A stretch of DNA of 64,000 bases from positions 6,771-70,770 of the forward strand of contig CAZSDS010000001.1 of assembly GCA_964605735.1 (NCBI GenBank), read 5' to 3'. The notes under the pieces are model-generated. The model was not told the origin of the DNA, made no database searches, and was given only the letters and a program-made list of their open reading frames with translations. Positions 57,126 through 64,000 of the stretch are shown one piece after another; position 1 is the stretch's first letter, and each line of letters starts with the position of its first letter. Position numbers and translations under genes: made by a program. This DNA comes from an uncultured Candidatus Saccharibacteria bacterium. GTDB lineage: Bacteria; Patescibacteriota; Doudnabacteria; UBA920; O2-02-FULL-48-8.

Positions 57126-58016
57126 ATGAGCGACTCTAGAGAAAAAGACTTTTTTACCTATGGACCAGTGCATTTGGAAGTTACTGACGGTGAAAAATCA
57201 GTTCGTTTTTGGCGTGACATTCTGGGGCTGACATTACGCAAGGAAGGTGGAGAAATTGAACTCGGTACATCAGAAAGGACCTTGGTAGTTTTGCATCCGG
57301 TAGCCAGGCGTCCTTTCATGCAGGGCCACAGCGGACTTTATCATTTGGCTATACACATGCCAACAGAGCCGGAATTCGCCAGGGTACTTGCCAGGCTCAT
57401 TTCTAAAAATTACCCAATTGCCCCAACTGACCACATCATGTCTAAATCGATTTACATGGAGGATCCGGATGGTATTACAGTTGAAATTACATTGGAGACA
57501 ATCAACCGATTCGGTTCATATGACATAACTGAAGAAAATTTCAGGGTTATTGATTCTGAAGGTCGCGAGCGCGGCATGACCGAGGCTCTTGATGTCCGGG
57601 AAGTGCTTGCCACGCTTTCGGACAATGATTTGGATAAGCCTTTTCCACCTGACACTTACATTGGGCACGTCCATCTTTACGTTGGTGACCTGAAAGCCGC
57701 GTACGAGTTCTACCAGAATCTTGGTTTTCTCCCAAACCTGTTCACGCCATTTGGTTTTGCTGATTTGAAGGCAGGGGGAATCTTCCCGCACCGTCTTGCC
57801 GTTAACACATGGCAGGGAGTGGGTGCTCCGCCAGCCCCGGAAGGTACTGCAGGTCTGAAGCATTTCATTTTAAACTTTAAGTCTGCTGATTTCTTAAAAA
57901 ATGCATTGGCTGGAATGCCTGAAGCCAAAAAAACAGACAAAGGACATATTGTAACCGACCCATCCGGGAACAATATACTTTTGGTTGCAGAAGAAAAGGA
58001 CATTAGCGCGAGCTAA
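57126..58016 (+). CDS. VOC/glyoxalase family protein (CatE-like)
   Basis: GPVHL.V, GLYHLAI, DH..S.SIY..DPDG, IGHVHL, NTWQG. Confidence 0.88.
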   Translation: MSDSREKDFFTYGPVHLEVTDGEKSVRFWRDILGLTLRKEGGEIELGTSERTLVVLHPVARRPFMQGHSGLYHLAIHMPTEPEFARVLARLISKNYPIAPTDHIMSKSIYMEDPDGITVEITLETINRFGSYDITEENFRVIDSEGRERGMTEALDVREVLATLSDNDLDKPFPPDTYIGHVHLYVGDLKAAYEFYQNLGFLPNLFTPFGFADLKAGGIFPHRLAVNTWQGVGAPPAPEGTAGLKHFILNFKSADFLKNALAGMPEAKKTDKGHIVTDPSGNNILLVAEEKDISAS

Positions 58017-58032
58017 TGTTTTTTGTTACCAT
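58000..58032 (+). repeat. Junction repeat copy 4
   Basis: ACATTAGC-GCGA-GCTAATGT-TTTTTGTTACCAT. Confidence 0.9.
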
Positions 58033-58057
58033 TTAAACATAATTTAAACGCAAAAAT

Positions 58058-58468
58058 ATGGATATCAATTTTTGGGCTGTAGTAGTCTCTGCTTTGGCCT
58101 CAATGGTCATTGGCAGTATCTGGTTTGGTCCTTTGTTTGGGAGGATGTTTATGGATGTTTCAGGGCTCTCAAAGATGACTCCTGAACAGCGTGCTGAAGC
58201 ACAGAAAGCCATGGGTATGTCTTATATGATCCAGGCTGCGGCAAGTCTGGTTATGTTTTATGTTCTGGCCCGCTTTATTTCAGGGATGGACGAAATGACC
58301 CTGCAGGGCGGTCTTATGACAGCATTATGGATTTGGATAGGGTTTATAGTGCCAATGAAAATTGGTGACGCCATCTGGGGCGGCAGCTGGAAGCTTTCAG
58401 CGCTCATTGCAGGCAACAGCCTGGTTACGCTTCTGGTCACAGGAGCAATTCTTGGCAGCTGGAAATAG
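58058..58468 (+). CDS. DUF1761 family membrane protein
   Basis: INFWAVVV..G.IWFGPLFG; 4 TM. Confidence 0.85.
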   Translation: MDINFWAVVVSALASMVIGSIWFGPLFGRMFMDVSGLSKMTPEQRAEAQKAMGMSYMIQAAASLVMFYVLARFISGMDEMTLQGGLMTALWIWIGFIVPMKIGDAIWGGSWKLSALIAGNSLVTLLVTGAILGSWK

Positions 58469-58506
58469 TTTGCGACTTTTAAAATAAAACTTGTTATAAT
58501 ATTTCC

Positions 58507-58920
58507 ATGAAAGAACCAATTACAATAGAAACAACAATCAATGCCCCGATTGAAAAAATCTGGGAGTACATGAATAATCCTGAGCACATCACTAAGTGGT
58601 GTTTTGCACAGGATGACTGGCACGCGCCACGGGCTGAAAACGATCTTAGGGTCGGTGGGAAGTTACTGACCAGAATGGAAGCAAAAGACGGCAGTTTTGG
58701 CTTTGATTTTGGTGGAACATATACTGCAGTAGAAGAAAACAAGTTGATTGAATATGTATTGGGCGACGGCCGCAAGGTTAAAGTGGAGTTTATCAAAGAA
58801 CCTGAAGCGTATCGGGTGGTTCAAACTTTTGACCCAGAAGATCAGAACACAAGAGAGAAACAAAGAGAAGGCTGGCAGGCGATACTCGATAACTTCAAAA
58901 AGCACGTAATAAATAATTAG
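58507..58920 (+). CDS. SRPBCC/AHSA1-like protein
   Basis: HITKW.FA.DDWH.P, RMEAKDGSFGFDF, GWQAILDNFK. Confidence 0.9.
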   Translation: MKEPITIETTINAPIEKIWEYMNNPEHITKWCFAQDDWHAPRAENDLRVGGKLLTRMEAKDGSFGFDFGGTYTAVEENKLIEYVLGDGRKVKVEFIKEPEAYRVVQTFDPEDQNTREKQREGWQAILDNFKKHVINN

Positions 58921-59031
58921 CCTTGGTTGATTAGAGTGAAGGCGGTTCATAGAACCGCCTTTTTGAGCCTATAGCTATAAAAAAAATGAGCTTTCTGGTA
59001 AACTAAAAAAGCAACAGTTAACATAAAGAAC

Positions 59032-60177
59032 ATGGATTACAGAGAAAAAAGCATAGAGGAACACAAGAAAACTAAGGGCAAATTGTCAGTTGATTCGAAA
59101 ATGCCTCTGAACAATAAAGAAGAATTATCAATTGCATATACCCCGGGCGTGGCAGGTCCGAGCATGGAAATCGCCAGAGACAAGTCTTTGGCATATGACC
59201 TGACCAGCACCAAGAACGGCGTGGCTATTGTTTCAGACGGTACCGCAGTCCTCGGTCTTGGGGACATAGGGCCAGAAGCTGCTCTTCCTGTAATGGAAGG
59301 CAAGGCTGTTTTGTTTAAACGTTTTGCGGGGATAGACGGATTCCCAATCGTATTGAACACAAAAGATCCGGAAGAAATTATTGCAGCTGTCAAAGCCATT
59401 GCCCCAACGTTTGGCGGCATTAATTTAGAAGACATTTCTGCACCGCGTTGTTTCGAAATTGAAGAAAGTCTTAAAGCTGAGTTGGATATTCCTGTGATGC
59501 ATGATGACCAACACGGCACGGCTGTGGTAGTTTTGGCTGGTTTAATCAATGCTTTGAAGCTGGCCCGCAAAGACAAGTCAGTTAAAGTAGTTTTGAGCGG
59601 GGCTGGTGCCGCTGGCGTGGGGATCGTCAAAATTCTGCTCAATTACGGAATCAATAATATTATTGTTTGCGACAGCAAAGGTGCGATTCACAACGGGCGC
59701 ACTGATTTGAATGACGAGAAAAAGAAGTTGCTTGCAATCACCAATCCTGACTCAGAAACCGGTCCTTTGAAGGAAGTGATCAAGGGTAAGGATGTTTTTA
59801 TTGGAGTCTCAGCGCCAGGACTTCTAACTGCTGACGATGTTTCAGCCATGAATGAGAAGGCTATAATTTTTGCGCTTTCAAATCCCGTGCCTGAAATCAT
59901 GCCGGATGAAGCAAAAACCGGCGGTGCGTTTATTGTGGCATCAGGGCGTTCTGATTTTCCAAACCAGGTAAATAACGTGCTGGCCTTTCCGGGTATTTTC
60001 AAAGGCGCGATTCGCTCAAGGGTTAAAAAAATAACGGATGAAATGGAAGTGCGCGCCGCAGAAGCATTGGCAAACCTGGTAAAAGACCCAACACCGGAAA
60101 AAATAATTCCTAGTCCTTTTGAAGATGGGATTGCAGAAGCAGTGGCAACTGCCATAGACAACGCCAGCGGATTGTAA
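59032..60177 (+). CDS. NAD(P)-dependent malic enzyme
   Basis: AYTPGVA, DGTAVLGLG, NLEDI.AP, HDDQHGTA, GAGAAG, GRSDFPNQVNN. Confidence 0.95.
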   Translation: MDYREKSIEEHKKTKGKLSVDSKMPLNNKEELSIAYTPGVAGPSMEIARDKSLAYDLTSTKNGVAIVSDGTAVLGLGDIGPEAALPVMEGKAVLFKRFAGIDGFPIVLNTKDPEEIIAAVKAIAPTFGGINLEDISAPRCFEIEESLKAELDIPVMHDDQHGTAVVVLAGLINALKLARKDKSVKVVLSGAGAAGVGIVKILLNYGINNIIVCDSKGAIHNGRTDLNDEKKKLLAITNPDSETGPLKEVIKGKDVFIGVSAPGLLTADDVSAMNEKAIIFALSNPVPEIMPDEAKTGGAFIVASGRSDFPNQVNNVLAFPGIFKGAIRSRVKKITDEMEVRAAEALANLVKDPTPEKIIPSPFEDGIAEAVATAIDNASGL

Positions 60178-60234
60178 TAAGATGGTTGGGTCAAATTAAC
60201 CAGGCGGTTTTAAACGGCGGCAAAAGGAATCCGC

Positions 60235-61416
60235 ATGGAACCATTAGCATCAAAAATCAGGCCAAAAACTCTTGAGGAGTACATAGGTCAGGAACACTTA
60301 GTGGGCGAAAGTAAGCCTTTGAATGTGGCCATGAAAGAGGGTCACATCTTTTCGTTTATTCTATGGGGTCCGCCAGGCGTTGGGAAAACAACTCTGGCCC
60401 GCATTTACGCCAACTCAGTCAAAGGCAAACTCTATGAGTTATCAGCCGTATCAGCCGGAAAAGACGACATCAAGCAGATCGTCAATGACCAGACGTTAAG
60501 AGTGGGTCCCAAAATTTTGTTTTTGGACGAAATTCACCGCTTTAACAAAGCACAGCAAGATTTTCTTCTTCCATATGTAGAGCGGGGGACTTTGGTTTTG
60601 ATAGGTGCAACCACAGAAAATCCAAGCTTTGAAGTGATCCCAGCTTTGCTTTCCCGCACCCGCGTGTTCGTGCTCAATGAGCACACAGAGGAAGACATGA
60701 AAGAGATCATCAAGCGCACCGGGATAAAAGTTCCGGCTGATGCTCGGGACTGGCTCATCCGCATGGCCAACGGCGATGCACGCCAAGCCATTACAGTTTT
60801 GGAGAACGCCCAGATTCTGTACAAGAAAATAACAGTCGAAGCGCTCAAAAACACCATCCAGAATACCTTTATCAGATTCGATAAAAAAGGCGAGGAGCAC
60901 TATAACACAATCAGCGCGTTCATAAAGGCAATGCGCGCTTCCCAGCCAAATGCCGCACTTTACTATTTGGCGCGCATGATAGACGGCGGCGAAGACCCTA
61001 AGTTCATTGCCCGCCGCATGGTTATTTTTGCTTCAGAGGATATTGGAGTGGCCCAGCCCACAGCATTGGTAGTCGCAAACGAAGTTTTCCGGGCAGTGGA
61101 GACTATCGGCCTTCCTGAGGCGGCCATAAACCTGGCGCATGGCGTAGTATATCTTTCAAATGCCCCTAAAGACCGCACCGCATATGATGCGTATTTTGAG
61201 GCGTTGGAGGATGTGAAAAAACACGGCAACCTGGCAATACCTTTGGCAGTGCGGAATGCACCAACCAAACTTATGAAAGACCTTGGCTACCATAAAGGCT
61301 ATGAACTGTACATGAAAGAAGATGTTTTGCCGGATAAATTGAAAGGCAAAAAATACTGGAAACCTAAAAAGAAATCCGAACCAAAAGAAAAGAATGAAAA
61401 AAACCATAACGGTTAA
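60235..61416 (+). CDS. rarA: Replication-associated recombination protein RarA/MgsA
   Basis: PLA...RP, GPPGVGKT, DEIHRFNKAQQD, ATTENPSF, ASEDIG. Confidence 0.95.
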   Translation: MEPLASKIRPKTLEEYIGQEHLVGESKPLNVAMKEGHIFSFILWGPPGVGKTTLARIYANSVKGKLYELSAVSAGKDDIKQIVNDQTLRVGPKILFLDEIHRFNKAQQDFLLPYVERGTLVLIGATTENPSFEVIPALLSRTRVFVLNEHTEEDMKEIIKRTGIKVPADARDWLIRMANGDARQAITVLENAQILYKKITVEALKNTIQNTFIRFDKKGEEHYNTISAFIKAMRASQPNAALYYLARMIDGGEDPKFIARRMVIFASEDIGVAQPTALVVANEVFRAVETIGLPEAAINLAHGVVYLSNAPKDRTAYDAYFEALEDVKKHGNLAIPLAVRNAPTKLMKDLGYHKGYELYMKEDVLPDKLKGKKYWKPKKKSEPKEKNEKNHNG

Positions 61417-61948
61417 CGGCACTCTGATTGAATACACTCACAAAAAAAGCGCCAAGGCAAAAAGAATAAGAATTGCGATTTACCGGGGCGGAGAAATTAT
61501 TTTAACCACTCCAGTTGGGATGCCGGAGCTTTTAGCGGTGCAATTTTTCCGCTCCAAAGCGGGATGGGTGCTGGAAAAATACGCAAAGGCCAAAACTCTA
61601 CCGCCGCCTGATAAAGCAGACACGCGCGGGGAATACCTCAAGCACAAAACAGCGGCTTTGAAACTGGTCAAAGAAAGGCTGGTGCATTTCAATCAGCACT
61701 ATGGCTTTAAATACAATCGCGTATCGATCAAAAACCATAAATCGCTTTGGGGCAGCTGCTCAAGGCGTGGCAATCTTAATTTTAATTATAAGCTGGCGCT
61801 TGTTTCCCCAGAACTGGCGGATTATGTCATTGTCCACGAACTTTGCCACTTGAAAGAGTTCAACCATTCGCCGAAATTCTGGTCCTTGGTGGCTGAAACC
61901 ATCCCGGACTATAAACAGCTCCGCAAAGCCATAAAAGGCCTGCAATAA
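61394..61948 (+). CDS. YgjP/SprT-like metal-dependent hydrolase
   Basis: WGSCS, YVIVHELCHL...NHS..FW. Confidence 0.9.
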   Translation: MKKTITVNGTLIEYTHKKSAKAKRIRIAIYRGGEIILTTPVGMPELLAVQFFRSKAGWVLEKYAKAKTLPPPDKADTRGEYLKHKTAALKLVKERLVHFNQHYGFKYNRVSIKNHKSLWGSCSRRGNLNFNYKLALVSPELADYVIVHELCHLKEFNHSPKFWSLVAETIPDYKQLRKAIKGLQ

Positions 61949-62061
61949 GTCGCAGTTTTCCCGCAAAAAGGCGTTTTTTCGGGCAATATTGATTTTCTCA
62001 TTGCTTTGGCTATACTACCCAGTAGCAAGTCGGCGATAAAGAATTAATCAATAAGGAGACT

Positions 62062-62739
62062 ATGGCAAACGAAAGAAACACGGGGGGACAATTGGTCACA
62101 GGTTTGGTGTTACTCGCGATTGTACTGATCGGCATCTACTTCGCCACCAGAGGCGGCAATGATGACGAAAACAACAATCAGGAAAACCAGAACCAGGAGC
62201 AACAGCAGGAGCAGAATCAGGGTGAAACCCCAACTCCAACTCCTCAGCCATCAAACGGTGATGACACCGGGGATGATATCCAGGGCAACGTTTCAGTAAC
62301 CGGCACTTTGCGCGAATCTGACAACGCTGCACGCGGCAACTACATGGTTGAAAGCTCACGCGGCAAGTTCTATGTTTCAACTTCACGCGATTACTCTTCA
62401 AGAGTTGGGCAGGAAGTAACATTGCAGGCTGACGGCACAGTCAACAGCTACACTTTCTTGGGCTTCTCAGGTGTAACTCCGGACAACGGCAACGGCGATG
62501 ACGCAGGCGATGTCGGCGGTGCGCCAACAGAAGAACCAGCAGCAGAAGTTACGTTCACAGGCAAGCTGATGCAGTCAGACAACGCAGACCGCGGAAACTA
62601 TGTGATTGTTTCAGGTGCTACCAAGGTTTATCTCAAAACAGTTCGCGATTACTCAGCTTGGGTTAACGAAAACGTGACACTTACAGCTGAAGGGACACTG
62701 AACAGCTTTTCTGGAGCAGTACTGAACAAAGCTTCCTAA
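62062..62739 (+). CDS. Membrane-anchored protein with two tandem ~60-aa beta domains
   Basis: AAGGAG SD; TM; Q/N/P linker; duplicated TG.L..SDNA.RGNY...RDYS..V...VTL.A.GT.NS. Confidence 0.75.
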   Translation: MANERNTGGQLVTGLVLLAIVLIGIYFATRGGNDDENNNQENQNQEQQQEQNQGETPTPTPQPSNGDDTGDDIQGNVSVTGTLRESDNAARGNYMVESSRGKFYVSTSRDYSSRVGQEVTLQADGTVNSYTFLGFSGVTPDNGNGDDAGDVGGAPTEEPAAEVTFTGKLMQSDNADRGNYVIVSGATKVYLKTVRDYSAWVNENVTLTAEGTLNSFSGAVLNKAS

Positions 62740-62903
62740 TAACATAAAAACCCACAAAACCGCCGTAAAAAATACAGGGCGGTTTTTTTGTTGCGCGTTT
62801 TTTAAGCCTTGACCTTTGTTGAAGCTTCTGGTAACATCTCTGCGGGAAGTCATTGGTTCCGGGAGGGGTTATGGGTCCATGATCCGAAAAACAAGGGGGA
62901 GAA

Positions 62904-63179
62904 ATGCAAGTTCAAAGCTTTGAGGCCAGAGCGAATCAGATATACGATTTGCTCGTGGCCCGCGGCGCACCAGAAGGGAAAAGGCGGGGGTTTGCCCTGT
63001 ATGTGCTCTCACCCGGCGAACAAAGCCTAAATGGGTGGGTAATTGGCGGCAGGCTTGGCAATGCAACTTACTGCGTGGTTTCAGGAAAGGGCGTCATCAA
63101 CCCCGACCCTGAAGACTTTACGGAGGAGCATCAGGAGCTTATTCAAGAGCTCAACCAGGCACTGCAGAACTTTTTGTAA
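62904..63179 (+). CDS. Orphan hypothetical protein
   Basis: 91-aa ORF with GGGGGAG SD. Confidence 0.5.
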   Translation: MQVQSFEARANQIYDLLVARGAPEGKRRGFALYVLSPGEQSLNGWVIGGRLGNATYCVVSGKGVINPDPEDFTEEHQELIQELNQALQNFL

Positions 63180-63278
63180 TCGCGTTAACTTCATGTCAGC
63201 GCGATTTTTTATTTACCGGGAAAATTCCTTGGAAATCTGGTATAATGGTAGTGTTAAAAGTTTAATATAATTTTTAAA

Positions 63279-63818
63279 ATGGAACTGATATTCGTAAGGC
63301 ACGGTGAAACTGTTTACAACAAAAACAAGCAATTGATGGGGCAGAGAATTGATGCTTCTTTGGACAGCGATGGAATTAACCAAGTAAAGGCAATATTGCA
63401 AAAAATTCCCACGAACTTTACCATTATTTATTCCTCACCCCTGAAAAGAGCGGCGGAAACCGCCCAATTAATTTCTGATCATTTTGAAAAAAACGTTCAA
63501 TACAGGCATGAATTGCTGGAACGTGATTTCGGTTCTTTGTCCGGAAAAACCTGGCAGCAAATTAATTCAGAAACTGGAAAGCCTGCAAGTGAGCTGGATA
63601 CCAACCTCCAATATGATTATTCTGAGTATGGAGGAGAGAGTGTTGCTGATGTAAAAAAACGGCTCAAGGAGTTTATTAGTGAAATGAAGCAGAAGCATCC
63701 GAACGACAGAGTTGTTGTTGTGGCGCACAGGGGAATAATCAATTTAATGGAAAGCCTATACCAATCCCAAGAACATAATGCCATGGATAACGCCAGTATC
63801 CATACGTTTGTATTTTAG
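63279..63818 (+). CDS. Histidine phosphatase family protein
   Basis: RHGET, SSPLKRA, LLERDFG, GGES, VAH.G. Confidence 0.93.
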   Translation: MELIFVRHGETVYNKNKQLMGQRIDASLDSDGINQVKAILQKIPTNFTIIYSSPLKRAAETAQLISDHFEKNVQYRHELLERDFGSLSGKTWQQINSETGKPASELDTNLQYDYSEYGGESVADVKKRLKEFISEMKQKHPNDRVVVVAHRGIINLMESLYQSQEHNAMDNASIHTFVF

Positions 63819-63856
63819 AAATTTTTCCTTTATCCTTATACCAAAGGAACAAAATA

Positions 63857-64000
63857 ATGAAACCTAAATTCATCATATTGGTTCTGCTGGTCCTCGTAAT
63901 TGCCGGAGCTGTTTACTTTTTAAGCGACAACTCCAGTCAAACCGGGGAAGAACAGCTGGATACAAACCAAAGCCAGAGCCAAAATCAGAACCAGAACCAG
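63857..64000 (+). CDS. N-terminal fragment of membrane-anchored protein (runs off window end)
   Basis: MKPKFIILVLLVLVIAGAVYF then QN-repeat linker. Confidence 0.6.
   Translation, partial: MKPKFIILVLLVLVIAGAVYFLSDNSSQTGEEQLDTNQSQSQNQNQNQ

Noticed and set aside
53831-58032. Junction repeats as a CRISPR array or canonical integron attC sites
   Set aside because: Spacing is 0.9-1.7 kb with whole genes between copies and no cas genes; no RYYYAAC inverse core and no intI in the window.

Overview
64-kb chromosomal segment of a bacterium using genetic code 11. Gene content and style point to Patescibacteria/CPR (inference): pilin-like gene, DUF5667 anti-sigma, tRNA-linked LAGLIDADG-like gene, CCTGCCTGCCGGTAGGCAGG palindrome, AT-rich SD-less leaders. 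Core genes are recG, clpC, gatCAB, miaA, thrS, dnaE, rodA, prfA/prmC, rplY, rpmE, rpmG, rpsB/tsf, rarA and 7 tRNAs. Notable non-core signals: (1) an accessory gene array behind tRNA-Trp punctuated by a ~33-bp repeat that supplies the stop codon, terminator and next extended -10 promoter; (2) a thrS T-box riboswitch with an ultrashort stem I plus an intrinsic terminator, whose cognate tRNA-Thr(GGU) is in the window; (3) an ECF sigma/anti-sigma pair whose TGTAAC-N16/17-CGT promoter recurs upstream of a PA14-PA14-GH6 glucanase and two unannotated microproteins; (4) a beta-glucan synthesis/hydrolysis cluster in which a GT-C gene and a GH8 gene are joined by a -1 shift at an A9 run; (5) an unexplained ~400-nt structured RNA with its own promoter and terminator; (6) scattered orphan single-gene units with strong SD sequences. 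All calls come from reading the sequence; no searches or folding programs were run.
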